NCBI GenBank assembly: GCA_937981355.1
Contig: CALJPD010000019.1
Coordinates: 1,829-65,828 of the forward strand
Reading direction: 5' to 3'
DNA length: 64,000 bases
Source: an uncultured Candidatus Saccharibacteria bacterium
Lineage (GTDB): Bacteria; Patescibacteriota; Saccharimonadia; Saccharimonadales; Saccharimonadaceae
Shown: in pieces, positions 55,622-64,000 of the stretch
Numbering within the stretch: position 1 is the stretch's first letter
How the letters are laid out: every line of letters begins with the position of its first letter
Notes under the pieces: model-generated
What the model was told of the DNA's origin: nothing
Database searches by the model: none
What the model saw: only the letters and a program-made list of their open reading frames with translations
Made by a program: the position numbers and the translations under genes

Positions 55622-55651
55622 AAGACGCTCTAGCTGGGCGTCTTTTTTTTT
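55622..55651 (+). terminator. Rho-independent terminator
   Basis: Stem AAGACGC/GCGTCTT with a 9-nt loop, followed by TTTTTTTTT. Confidence 0.6.
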
Positions 55652-55751
55652 ATTTCTTCTGCCCTACTCTACAGACGTGACTTCAGATGGATGATGATAT
55701 GAGATCCATATGATGATGTGGGGCTATAGAGCTTGATGAAATTGCGCATTA

Positions 55752-55763
55752 TTCACGTGAAAT
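55752..55763. promoter_or_regulatory. CACGTG-core palindromic motif (copy 1) upstream of valS
   Basis: TTCACGTGAAAT. Confidence 0.3.
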
Positions 55764-56049
55764 GAGGATATGTATAGGTGAGAAATTGGGCTATCACTTC
55801 CCTACTGTAATTCAATTTTGGTTGTAACTATGATAAACGCAATTTATCTTCATCTCTGATTTATTATTCATACTTCCCTTTTGCATTGTATGAAGCGCGT
55901 TGATGAATGCAGCATGATGGTATGTGAGCAGACATTTGCAGTGCAGAGATTTCTGCTGCTTTCTGGTAGTCTGCCCATTCCTCATGTTCTACTGGATGAG
56001 ATAGTAAAATTGTAATTGCTTTAGTCGCAGGTCGTCACAAGGTGCACCT

Positions 56050-56062
56050 TCCACGTGAAAAA
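56050..56062. promoter_or_regulatory. CACGTG-core palindromic motif (copy 2)
   Basis: TCCACGTGAAAAA. Confidence 0.3.
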
Positions 56063-56265
56063 CTACACAATGGGAAACTATCAGAACAAGTGACTGCTCG
56101 ATAGTGACTAATTTGCAAAGCGAGAAACAAATCATATCATCTTAATCAGCTGCGTCTTAGCCTCATCACTAACCCCTGTCATCTCTGCCATTGAACCATC
56201 AAACGTGCTATACTAGGTAGCTGAAGTTGCACCAAAAAATCGGCCTGGCAGATGCTGCACTCATA

Positions 56266-56308
56266 TTTTCACGTGAAGTATTGACCGCGCCGTTTTCGTG
56301 TGAAAAGT
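56266..56308. promoter_or_regulatory. Paired motifs TTTTCACGTGAAG and TTTTCGTGTGAAAAG, 30-70 nt upstream of the valS start (candidate operator)
   Basis: Copy 3 at 56266-56278 and a degenerate copy at 56294-56308. AAGGAAG SD at 56323-56329. Confidence 0.3.
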
Positions 56309-56336
56309 ATCAATAATCTGTAAGGAAGCCATCGCC

Positions 56337-58886
56337 ATGAAACTTGCCAAGACCTACAACCCTAACGAATACGAGCCAAATATCTACGCTATGTGGGAGA
56401 GTGCTGGCGTGTTTCGACCGAGAGGAGAGGGCACACCGTATAGCATCGTGATGCCGCCGCCCAATGCCAATGGCAACCTGCATGTCGGGCATGCCCTTGG
56501 CTCAGCCTTGCAAGATATCTTAGTGCGTTACCACCGGATGAAAGGCGATGATGCGGTGTTTATTCCTGGGGCAGACCACGCTGGATTCGAGACGTGGGTG
56601 GTGTACGAGCGCGAGCTAGAGAAGCAGGGTAAAACGCGCTTCGATTACTCTCGTGATGAACTGTATGCGCAGGTGTGGGACTTTGTCGACCAGAAGCGGG
56701 GCGATATGGAGCTCCAGCTGCGCGCCCTTGGCGTTGGGGCCGACTGGGAAGATATGGTCTTTACGCTTGACCCTAAGGTGGTGGAGACGGTCTATGGTAC
56801 CTTCAACAAGCTGTGGCAAGATGGGCTGATCTACCGCGGTGAGCGGATCGTCAACTACTGTACCAAGCACCAGACCAGCTTTGCTGACATCGAGGTGGTG
56901 CACAAGACGGAGAAGTCTAAGCTGTGGCGTATTGCGTATCCATTACTCGATCATATTGGTGAAATTATCGTTGCTACGACGCGGCCTGAGACGCTGCTGG
57001 GAGATACCGCCATCGCTGTCAACCCGGCAGATGAACGCTACAAGAAGTTGATTGGTACTAAGGCGCTGCTCCCACTGGTAGGGCGCGAGATACCGATTAT
57101 TGCTGATGAATATGTTGATGCGTCATATGGCACTGGTGCGGTGAAGATCACGCCAGCTCACGACCCAAATGACTTCGAGATGGGGCAGCGGCATGGGCTG
57201 CCAGTGGAGCAGGTGATTGGCTTCGATGGGCGAATGACGAATGTACCCACGCCATTTGATGGCCTCACCACGACGGAGGCGCGCCAACGGGTGCTGGAGG
57301 CGCTGGAGCGCGAAGAGCTGCGCCGTGGCGAGGAGGAGCTGGAGCACTCGGTGGGGCACTGCTACAAGTGTGATACTGTCATTGAGCCGATGGTGAAAGA
57401 GCAATGGTTTATCTCGATGCGGCCATTGGCGGATGCAGCGATTGCTGCTATTGAGCGCGGTGATGTGACCTTCACTCCTGCCAACAAAGGCGAGGTGGTC
57501 ATCAAATACCTGCGCGAGATCAAAGATTGGAATGTCAGCCGGCAGATCCCGTGGGGGATACCCATTCCAGCCTTCCAGAGCACGACCGACCCAAGCGATT
57601 GGATCTTCAACATAAACGTCAACGAAAAAGAAATAGTTGTAAATGGCACAACATACCGCCGGGAAGAAGATACACTTGATACCTGGTTTAGTAGTGGGCA
57701 GTGGCCATTCATCACCACCGACTATTTGCAAGATGGGCCGCTGGCGAAATTCTACCCCAACGCAGTAATGGAGACGGCGGGAGATATCCTCTTCTTCTGG
57801 GTGGCGCGGATGATGATGCTTGGCCTGTACTGCACGGGGCAGGTGCCGTTCCGCCATGTGTATCTCCATGGGCTGGTGCTGGATGAGCATGGGCAGAAGA
57901 TGAGCAAAAGTAAGGGCAATGTGATCAACCCAATGGAGGCGATCAGCCAGTACGGTTCAGACGCACTGCGCATGGGGATTATCGCTAGCCGCTCAGCCGC
58001 TCAGCCGCAGGCCTTTAACACCGGCAAGGTGGTGGCAGCGCGCAACTTTTGTAATAAATTATGGAACATTGCTCGCTTCATCGAGGCGCAAGTGGGAGAT
58101 ACGCAACCGGTGCATGTGCCAGTGCCGCAATCGATGGCTGATCATTGGATTATCCGACAGCTGAGCAAGGCAGGGGAGACGATGGAGCAGCAGCTAACGC
58201 AGTATCGTTTTGCCGAGGCGGCAGAAACGCTCTACCATACGGTGTGGGATGATGTAGCCGATTGGTATATTGAGGCAGCTAAGGTGGAGCAGCACGCTGA
58301 TATGCTGGTGTGGGTGCTCGATACGTGTCTGCGCTTGGCTCACCCGTTTGCACCATTTGTAACGGAGACGATTTGGCAAAGCCTGAGCTGGCATAACGAC
58401 CTGCTGGCGGCAGCGCGCTATCCGCAGGCTGAGAAATACAATGAGCTGCAAGCAGCTGAGTTTGGCCGGCTCAAGCGGCTCGTGACCGAAGCGCGCTACG
58501 TAACGAGTGAATTGCCAGGCAATGAGCGCTACACACTGCTCTATATGGATGACGCGCTCGTAGCGGACAATGCCGAGCTGGTGCGGCGTTTGGCTGGCCT
58601 AGCGGCGGTGGAATATACTGATGTAGCACGAGGGCTGCGCTTGGCAGCCAGTGGCCGGGATGCTTGGCTTGATGTGAGTGACGAGACGCTCTATGAGCAC
58701 CAAACGAACCTCGAGAAGCGTTTAGTTGTAGCGCGCAATGACGCCGCCAAGCTGGAGGCACGCCTAGCAAACGAACGCTATACAAGCCAAGCACCCGCTC
58801 ATTTGGTGGAAGAATCACGCCAGCAGCTGGCAAGCAAGCAAGCGTTGATCGAGCGGCTGGTGAAGGAATTGCAGGTGATCGAATAG
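56337..58886 (+). CDS. valS: Valine--tRNA ligase
   Basis: HIGH motif PPPNANGNLHVGHA, KMSKS motif KMSKSKGNV, and the C-terminal coiled coil typical of ValS. 849 aa. Confidence 0.9.
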   Translation: MKLAKTYNPNEYEPNIYAMWESAGVFRPRGEGTPYSIVMPPPNANGNLHVGHALGSALQDILVRYHRMKGDDAVFIPGADHAGFETWVVYERELEKQGKTRFDYSRDELYAQVWDFVDQKRGDMELQLRALGVGADWEDMVFTLDPKVVETVYGTFNKLWQDGLIYRGERIVNYCTKHQTSFADIEVVHKTEKSKLWRIAYPLLDHIGEIIVATTRPETLLGDTAIAVNPADERYKKLIGTKALLPLVGREIPIIADEYVDASYGTGAVKITPAHDPNDFEMGQRHGLPVEQVIGFDGRMTNVPTPFDGLTTTEARQRVLEALEREELRRGEEELEHSVGHCYKCDTVIEPMVKEQWFISMRPLADAAIAAIERGDVTFTPANKGEVVIKYLREIKDWNVSRQIPWGIPIPAFQSTTDPSDWIFNINVNEKEIVVNGTTYRREEDTLDTWFSSGQWPFITTDYLQDGPLAKFYPNAVMETAGDILFFWVARMMMLGLYCTGQVPFRHVYLHGLVLDEHGQKMSKSKGNVINPMEAISQYGSDALRMGIIASRSAAQPQAFNTGKVVAARNFCNKLWNIARFIEAQVGDTQPVHVPVPQSMADHWIIRQLSKAGETMEQQLTQYRFAEAAETLYHTVWDDVADWYIEAAKVEQHADMLVWVLDTCLRLAHPFAPFVTETIWQSLSWHNDLLAAARYPQAEKYNELQAAEFGRLKRLVTEARYVTSELPGNERYTLLYMDDALVADNAELVRRLAGLAAVEYTDVARGLRLAASGRDAWLDVSDETLYEHQTNLEKRLVVARNDAAKLEARLANERYTSQAPAHLVEESRQQLASKQALIERLVKELQVIE

Positions 58887-58921
58887 CAGTAATGCAAACT
58901 TAATAACTTGTGCTAATAGAG

Positions 58922-58955
58922 AAGGCTACCGTCGATGTGAGATGGCAGCCTTTTT
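58922..58955 (+). terminator. Rho-independent terminator after valS
   Basis: Stem AAGGCTACC/GGCAGCCTT (one mismatch), followed by TTTTT. Confidence 0.45.
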
Positions 58956-59301
58956 GATGAGTAGAGATATTGAAGAATGTTGATTTAACCTCTTGCGTTC
59001 TCAATGACAAAAGGGCACTTGGTGGTAAGGAGGGAAGTGCGAGCACAGACAAAGGGATTATTGTGATGACGAGCTATATTAACCTGAAGCTGAAAAATCT
59101 CACCGCATCACTCTTTCAATTCGTACCATTCTTTTTCTGAGACTTGTAGTGAGTAAGGCTTACGAAGAGTGTTCATCGCATGGATTTTATAAGCATACAT
59201 ATGCTGCGACAAACAGCTTTCATACCTCATTTAAGCGAGACGATAGGAGAAGAGAGTTAATGAAGAAAAGAAGGGTATTCCTATATCTACACAAAACATA
59301 C

Positions 59302-59330
59302 TTGACAGAAAAGAAACATCCTGCTACCAT
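59302..59330 (+). promoter_or_regulatory. Sigma70-like promoter TTGACA-N17-TACCAT
   Basis: Perfect -35 at 59302-59307 and -10 at 59325-59330. An ATG at 59335 is followed by a 14-codon mini-ORF ending in ATGA overlap with the 124-aa ORF. Confidence 0.4.
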
Positions 59331-59375
59331 GAATATGAACAAAAATAGAACTAACGATAGTCACCAACACACACA

Positions 59376-59750
59376 ATGAAATACAAAAACCACACTACCT
59401 CATACAAAACCATCCTCGCGCAGGCGGCTGTGGCGGTCTTTAGCATAGCGACTGCACTTGGGGTGTTCTTGCACGATGGGCAATTTGATAAGATGACCAC
59501 CGTGCTCCTTACGCTCGAGCCTGTCGCGCTGCGAAGTCGTGGACTGCAAGGCTCGGCGGAGCACGATAAGCTAACAACCGACCCACACGTCCATCCGCAT
59601 CATGCGTCGCTGGGGCACAAGGCAGGGCACCATGGGCAACACCACACGCCGAGTGTGCCACCGCGCGATAATGAATATAGATACCTGGCACATAAGCAGC
59701 GGGGAACGCGTCACGCCTTTGATAATCAGTTTTTGCCAATTGTTGGTTAA
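59376..59750 (+). CDS. Hypothetical small His-rich membrane protein (124 aa)
   Basis: One TM helix (ILAQAAVAVFSIATALGVFL), then an HPHHASLGHKAGHHGQHH segment. ATGA-coupled to an upstream mini-ORF behind a strong promoter. Confidence 0.3.
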   Translation: MKYKNHTTSYKTILAQAAVAVFSIATALGVFLHDGQFDKMTTVLLTLEPVALRSRGLQGSAEHDKLTTDPHVHPHHASLGHKAGHHGQHHTPSVPPRDNEYRYLAHKQRGTRHAFDNQFLPIVG

Positions 59751-60206
59751 CTATTGATGGTGATACGGATGACCAGCGGCAATCTGCTGCGCCCGGTAGA
59801 GTTGCTCGGCCAAGATGAGCCGCACCAGCTGATGTGGAAACACCAGGCGAGACAGCGACCACACCAGGTTAGCGCGCTCCATCACTGCCTCTGTCACACC
59901 GTATGCTCCACCAATGATAAGTACGAGTGATTTGCCTTGCGCCATTGGCTGATGCAGGCTGCGCGAGAGGGCAGGCGAGTCGAGCATTGTGCCACGCTCG
60001 TCCAGTAGTACAACATATGCCTGGGGCGAAAGTGCCCGAAGAATCTGCTGCGACTCCTCACGGCGTGCCGCATCGTTACTATGCTGGCTAGCTGGGATGA
60101 GCTTCCACTGCAGCTGCCAGGCACGAGTCATGCGTTGCTCGTAGCGTGCTATGCCATCGGCTAGCCAGGGCTCGTGCCGCTTGCCAACAGCGATGATGGT
60201 GATCAT
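59751..60206 (-). CDS. rlmH: 23S rRNA (pseudouridine1915-N3)-methyltransferase RlmH
   Basis: MITIIAVGKRHEPWLADGIARYEQRM, a 151-aa SPOUT fold, and ...LIIGGAYG... The start overlaps the upstream HIT stop as ATGA. Confidence 0.8.
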   Translation of the reverse strand: MITIIAVGKRHEPWLADGIARYEQRMTRAWQLQWKLIPASQHSNDAARREESQQILRALSPQAYVVLLDERGTMLDSPALSRSLHQPMAQGKSLVLIIGGAYGVTEAVMERANLVWSLSRLVFPHQLVRLILAEQLYRAQQIAAGHPYHHQ

Positions 60207-60628
60207 GCGTTGGCGTCTCTACTACTGCTGGACACTGCTGCAGCAAGGCGCTGAGCAGTGGTAGACAGGTGAGTGTCGCTGGTGTCGGTTGGGTAGCCAT
60301 GATGGAGCTGTAGCACCTCGCGGTCATACAGCGGCACGAGATGAATGTGAGCGTGCGGCACATCAAAGCCCTCTACCACAACGCCGACCCGCTCAGGCTG
60401 AAGTGCCACCTCCATTGCGTGGGCAATCTGCTGTGCCACCGTCCAGAGATGTTGATATATTTCGGTCGGGAGCGCCCACAGCGAGTCAATCTGCTGCTTC
60501 GGCACGACCAGCACGTGACCATCACTTAGTGGGTTGATATCGAGGAAGGCTATAGTGTGCTCGTCTTCATACACCGTATGGCTTGGTATTTCACCTTTGA
60601 TAATCTTAGTAAAAATAGAATCCTGCAT
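60203..60628 (-). CDS. HIT-family (histidine triad) nucleotide-binding protein
   Basis: IFTKIIKGEIP...FLDINPLSDGHVLVVPK...HAHIHLVP contains the HxHxH triad. Start chosen at MQDSIF, because the longer ORF would run through the divergent tRNA. Confidence 0.8.
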   Translation of the reverse strand: MQDSIFTKIIKGEIPSHTVYEDEHTIAFLDINPLSDGHVLVVPKQQIDSLWALPTEIYQHLWTVAQQIAHAMEVALQPERVGVVVEGFDVPHAHIHLVPLYDREVLQLHHGYPTDTSDTHLSTTAQRLAAAVSSSSRDANA

Positions 60629-60727
60629 GACTTTAGTATACGCGAAGGTGGGGCAAGAGCTCAAGGACATCTGCTGCGCGATATTTCCGTCCGGCACCAC
60701 ATCTGTTATAATGAGAGAAGACCACGT

Positions 60728-60815
60728 GGAGAGGTGCAGGAGTGGTTGAACTGGCCGCTCTCGAAAAGCGGTAAGCCGCAAGGCTTCGAGGGTTCGAATC
60801 CCTCTCTCTCCGCCA
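60728..60815 (+). tRNA. tRNA-Ser (anticodon CGA)
   Basis: Hand-folded: acceptor GGAGAGG/TCTCTCC, D stem CAG/CTG, anticodon stem CCGCT/AGCGG, loop CTCGAAA, long variable arm AAGCCGCAAGGCTTC, T arm GAGGG-TTCGAAT-CCCTC, and an encoded CCA. Confidence 0.85.
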
Positions 60816-60937
60816 TGTTTTTGATCGTATTTATCTGCGAGCTCTGGGCTGGCAGGTTTTTATTATATAACGACGCATCGCGACGTGAGGGGTGCCGCTT
60901 GGTGCACTTCTGTCTTGCACATACTCACCAGAGGTAA

Positions 60938-60966
60938 TGAAAAAGCGCACACCGCGAAGTGTGCGC
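60938..60966 (-). terminator. Rho-independent terminator downstream of the pilin-like gene
   Basis: Perfect 8-bp stem GCGCACAC/GTGTGCGC with loop CGCGAA. The minus-strand RNA is followed by UUUUUCA. It lies 37 nt after the stop at 61003. Confidence 0.55.
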
Positions 60967-61002
60967 ATATGTTTGTGTGAGAAGAGAGCCAAGTATTATT
61001 GG

Positions 61003-61431
61003 CTAGGTGGTTGAAGCACCAGTGTTGCTGCTATTGGTAGTAGTGTTGATGTTACCACCAGGGATGATAGTGTTGATGACAAAGTTCACCGCCGCATAGG
61101 CTAGTAGCGCCACCACGACGCCGACCAGAGCGTACATGATAGTATTCTTTGCACCTTGTACCTGTGATGAATTACCACCAGAGACAACATAACGAATACC
61201 ACCGAAGATGATCATAATGACCGCGATAGCACCAACGAGAAACAGCATGATGTTGCTTACTCGTGTGAAGATACCAGCGTCACCAAAGAGATCGGCTGGC
61301 TGGTCTTTGCCCCGTGAGCGGCTGGCACCATCTGACACGCCACCAATTGCAGCGCTGGGCGGTGCAGCAGCAATTATCCCACCCCCGATGAGGGCAAGAG
61401 CACTGATAGATAGTAGACATTTTTTTAGCAT
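61003..61431 (-). CDS. VirB2/TrbC-like T4SS pilin candidate
   Basis: 142 aa. Signal peptide, a hydrophilic segment, then two long hydrophobic helices separated by a short loop (IMLFLVGAIAVIMIIFGGIRYV - SGGNSSQVQGAKN - IMYALVGVVVALLAYAAVNFV), and an Asn/Thr/Ser-rich C-terminus. Confidence 0.5.
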   Translation of the reverse strand: MLKKCLLSISALALIGGGIIAAAPPSAAIGGVSDGASRSRGKDQPADLFGDAGIFTRVSNIMLFLVGAIAVIMIIFGGIRYVVSGGNSSQVQGAKNTIMYALVGVVVALLAYAAVNFVINTIIPGGNINTTTNSSNTGASTT

Positions 61432-61799
61432 AATAAACTTAGCTCCTTTTATCTTGTAATTATACGATATGGCGTTTTTTTTGTCGAGAGGAAAGCGGTG
61501 AAATTTCTCAGCTTGTGATACTGTGGTGACTCGCTTCCTTCATCTCTTTTGCCAGTGACGTCTTGAAAGCTTGCTGTTATGACGATATCTTGAAGCTCAG
61601 CGTGAGGAATGGTATGTTAGCGAGACACTTAGCCTCTTACTCATTGATATTGCTTGATAGAGGGAAGGGGGTGCAGGAAATATACGGCTAAGGACACTGA
61701 GGCAGAGCAGAGATAAAATTGCACCTCACAAATGTCTAGCGCAATTGCCGCACCTATGCTACAATAACCAGTGCACGTTGGTGCACAATCCGACACGCT

Positions 61800-61892
61800 G
61801 GAGGAGTACCCAAGTGGCTGAAGGGGACGGTTTGCTAAATCGTTAGTGCGGGGAGACCTGCAGCGGGAGTTCGAATCTCCCCTCCTCCGCCA
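61800..61892 (+). tRNA. tRNA-Ser (anticodon GCT)
   Basis: Hand-folded: acceptor GGAGGAG/CTCCTCC, D stem CCC/GGG, anticodon stem ACGGT/ATCGT, loop TTGCTAA, 21-nt variable arm, T arm GGGAG-TTCGAAT-CTCCC, and an encoded CCA. Confidence 0.85.
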
Positions 61893-62297
61893 GGATTGTT
61901 TTTGAGATATCGCTACATGCTGGGCTTCGTCTTGTGCAAATAGTGACGAGAAGCAACAGAAGAAGCAACCACGCAGTAGCACTGATAGCTCGATAGACAC
62001 ATGAAAGACCATATGAATGCTGAGATTGCTTAGCAGTTTATAGTTTTAACATAAAACACGTAAGAACGGGAGAGAAACAAATCATTGTAGATATTACAAT
62101 GATATTTTTATTTGTGCAGAATATGGCGAAATAAGTGGTACATGCAATACGTGCGAAGTATCATATGTGTCAAGGGTGTTATCTGTGGTATGAGCTATGT
62201 ATGTACGCTATAGTAGCAAGGCTCTTGAAAGGGACGAAGTATGGGCATTGAATGAGATTCAGACATTCAGATAGTGCGGATATGCGGGTTATGGTTA

Positions 62298-62325
62298 ATT
62301 GACCAGCGCGGCCATTATGATAGAA
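62298..62325 (+). promoter_or_regulatory. Sigma70-like promoter TTGACC-N16-TAGAAT for the beta-helix protein gene
   Basis: -35 at 62298-62303 and -10 at 62320-62325. AGGGGAGGA SD at 62361-62369. Confidence 0.35.
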
Positions 62326-62376
62326 TAGTTTTTGTAACGTAAATCTAACGCCAACCGACAAGGGGAGGAAAGAGCA

Positions 62377-64000
62377 GTGAAGATTAGACGTCAAAAACGT
62401 GGGATCGTCATGCGTATCGCATCGGTTGTGGCTGTGAGTGGGCTCGCTATAGGCGGGCTTTTTTATGGCCTCAATTCGGTGAACGCAGCCGGTCTGAATA
62501 AAAACTATAACTATATCAAGGCAAATTACGCTGTGCCGAACGCCAACGTAGCCTGGGTGTCGCCCAACGGGGATGACAACAAGGGTAACGGAAGCGAGTC
62601 AGCACCGTACAAGAGCTTTGGTCGCGCTGTCACGAAGATCGGCGACGGCGGAACAGTGGTGGCAAAGAGTGGTATCTACCGCGAGCCACACTTTTTTGTG
62701 ACGAAGAAGAATGTCACTATGCAGGCAGCACCGAACGCCGAGGTGTGGCTGAAGGGTAGCGATGTCGTGACTAACTGGTCGCGCGAAGGTAATATGTGGA
62801 AGGCCACTGGCAACTTCCAGAACTTTTGCCACGTTTGTACCACTAACGTCAAGCCAGAAGTTGAAGGCATGGCTGCCTACCCAGAGCAGGTCTTTATTGA
62901 TGATAAGGCCCTGACACAGGTTGGGAGCAAGGCTGAAGTTGGCCCCGGCAAATTCTACGTAGAGGACGCTACGCAGACGACGCGTAATGGTGGGCACTTC
63001 AACCCAGGTAAGCAAGATACGGTGAGTTACTACCTAGGTTCAGATCCTACGGCTGGTACGACAGAGATCTCGCAGCGCACCCGTGCCTTTACCACAACAG
63101 GCGAGAACTTCAAGCTACAGGGTATTAATATTTCGCAATATGCACCGAACCAAACCTGGGGCTTTAAAGACCCTCAGTTAGACGACAAGGCTGGGCCAAT
63201 CGCTATCTCTATTAACGGGAAGAACTCGCTAGTGCAAGATGTGATTGTGGCGCAGAACTCTAGCTCCGGATTGTTCCTTGATAAAGCCTCTGGTACCGTG
63301 GTGAAGAACAGCCAATTCCTTGACAACGGGGGTAATGGTGCTGGCGCAAACCGCATTGAGAATGCCGTGTTTGAAAATAATACCTTTAGCAACAACAACG
63401 CCGCTGGCTTCGAAACCAATGGCAGCTACTGTACTTCATGGTGCGGTATGGCCGATGTGAAGGTGACGCACGCCGAAAACTTCACCTTCCGCAATAATGT
63501 GGTGGACTACTCGAAGTCTGGCTCGACCAACTCCGACATCGCTGTAGCTAAGCGTCACCAGCTGCCAGGCTTCTGGTGTGACGAAGGGTGTATTAACACT
63601 AATATCGTCAATAACTACTTTACTAACGTGCAGATGGCGATCTTCTACGAGGTATCACACACCGGTATCATCGCCTCGAATATTATTGAGGGTTCGGGCT
63701 CTGGTATCTTAGTGTCGGGTAGTAGCAAGACGAAGATCTACAACAACTCTATCTCACGCACCGCCTACCCAATCCGCATCCGTGAGGATACCCGCAGCAA
63801 GGGTTGTAATGCCTACCAAGGTAGCACCTGTACTGCACCGGAGAGCTGGTCGCAGGCCAAAGGCCTGAGCTGGGACACGACGGGTACAGAGATGTACAAC
63901 AACATCATCTCGTCACGTGCCGCAACTGCTAAGGATGGCGATAGCCCATACTGGGCATACGGTGTCCGCACCAAGGGTGGTGCTAACATTGGCGGGCCAA
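62377..64000 (+). CDS. Secreted right-handed parallel beta-helix repeat protein (pectate-lyase/NosD-like fold), 3-prime end outside window
   Basis: GTG start 7 nt after a strong SD. Signal peptide IASVVAVSGLAIGGLFYGLNSVNA. Repeated ...N.I.NN.F.NN... beta-helix-type motifs. Hand-translated open frame to the window end with no stop. Not in the ORF track because it has no stop. Confidence 0.6.
   Translation, partial: MKIRRQKRGIVMRIASVVAVSGLAIGGLFYGLNSVNAAGLNKNYNYIKANYAVPNANVAWVSPNGDDNKGNGSESAPYKSFGRAVTKIGDGGTVVAKSGIYREPHFFVTKKNVTMQAAPNAEVWLKGSDVVTNWSREGNMWKATGNFQNFCHVCTTNVKPEVEGMAAYPEQVFIDDKALTQVGSKAEVGPGKFYVEDATQTTRNGGHFNPGKQDTVSYYLGSDPTAGTTEISQRTRAFTTTGENFKLQGINISQYAPNQTWGFKDPQLDDKAGPIAISINGKNSLVQDVIVAQNSSSGLFLDKASGTVVKNSQFLDNGGNGAGANRIENAVFENNTFSNNNAAGFETNGSYCTSWCGMADVKVTHAENFTFRNNVVDYSKSGSTNSDIAVAKRHQLPGFWCDEGCINTNIVNNYFTNVQMAIFYEVSHTGIIASNIIEGSGSGILVSGSSKTKIYNNSISRTAYPIRIREDTRSKGCNAYQGSTCTAPESWSQAKGLSWDTTGTEMYNNIISSRAATAKDGDSPYWAYGVRTKGGANIGGP

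Noticed and set aside
55652-56336. Possible T-box riboswitch leader upstream of valS
   Set aside because: No T-box consensus (AGGGTGGNACCGCG) or specifier/antiterminator arrangement could be found by eye in the leader.
57123-57890. 255-aa minus-strand ORF inside valS
   Set aside because: It is antisense to valS, which has unambiguous HIGH/KMSKS motifs.
59509-59862. 117-aa minus-strand ORF overlapping the rlmH 3-prime end
   Set aside because: It is a different frame overlapping rlmH and antisense to the promoter-driven 124-aa plus-strand ORF, with Ala/Arg-rich bias.
61641-62012. 123-aa minus-strand ORF overlapping tRNA-Ser(GCT)
   Set aside because: It overlaps a well-folded tRNA gene and has no RBS.
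62599-63419. Minus-strand ORFs (138 aa and 81 aa) inside the beta-helix protein gene
   Set aside because: They are antisense to a long open plus-strand frame with signal peptide, SD and beta-helix repeat motifs.
1-64000. CRISPR arrays, IS elements or transposases, rRNA genes
   Set aside because: No short direct-repeat/spacer arrays, no transposase-like ORFs or terminal inverted repeats, and no rRNA-like conserved segments were seen.

Overview
This 64-kb window appears to come from a monoderm (Gram-positive-type or CPR/Saccharibacteria-like) bacterium of about 50% GC, and it contains the chromosomal replication origin. The genes rpmH-rnpA-yidC-jag(khpB) on the minus strand are divergent from dnaA-dnaN-recF on the plus strand. 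Clusters of DnaA boxes (TTATCCACA and TTTTCCACA variants) sit on both sides of dnaA.

Left of the origin (1-22.4 kb) is a large cell-envelope glycan locus. It holds multiple GT2, GT4 and GT8 glycosyltransferases, rmlD, a Wzx-like flippase, a DUF2142-like membrane protein, a Wzm/Wzt (TagG/TagH-like) ABC exporter, a DPM1-like GT2 plus GtrA, and a cupin-type mannose-6-P isomerase domain protein. Embedded in it are sucC-sucD and a secreted ChW-repeat protein.

Immediately right of recF (29.7-43.5 kb) is a single minus-strand operon of about 13.7 kb encoding a Gram-positive-type type IV secretion system. It has a VirB6/ConG-like polytopic protein, a PrgI/VirB3-like protein with a huge proline-rich tail, a VirB4 ATPase split into two translationally coupled ORFs, a large membrane protein with a C-terminal M15 peptidase, a CwlT-like bifunctional muramidase/NlpC-P60 hydrolase, and two bitopic or secreted proteins. 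No relaxase, coupling protein or integrase is visible. A VirB2/TrbC-like pilin candidate lies about 17 kb away between tRNA genes.

The rest of the window holds housekeeping genes: an FtsEX/MacB-like ABC pair, a PGI/PMI-like SIS protein, a MurE-like ligase, tsaD, two FemAB-family genes, valS, a HIT protein, rlmH and three tRNA-Ser isoacceptors. It also holds several hypothetical proteins, including one with a possible PD-(D/E)xK motif, and a partial secreted beta-helix protein at the window end.

Many genes have a -10-like hexamer (often TGcTATAAT/TATACT) only 5-12 nt upstream of the start codon, suggesting frequent leaderless mRNAs. No rRNA, CRISPR array, IS element or T-box leader was seen.
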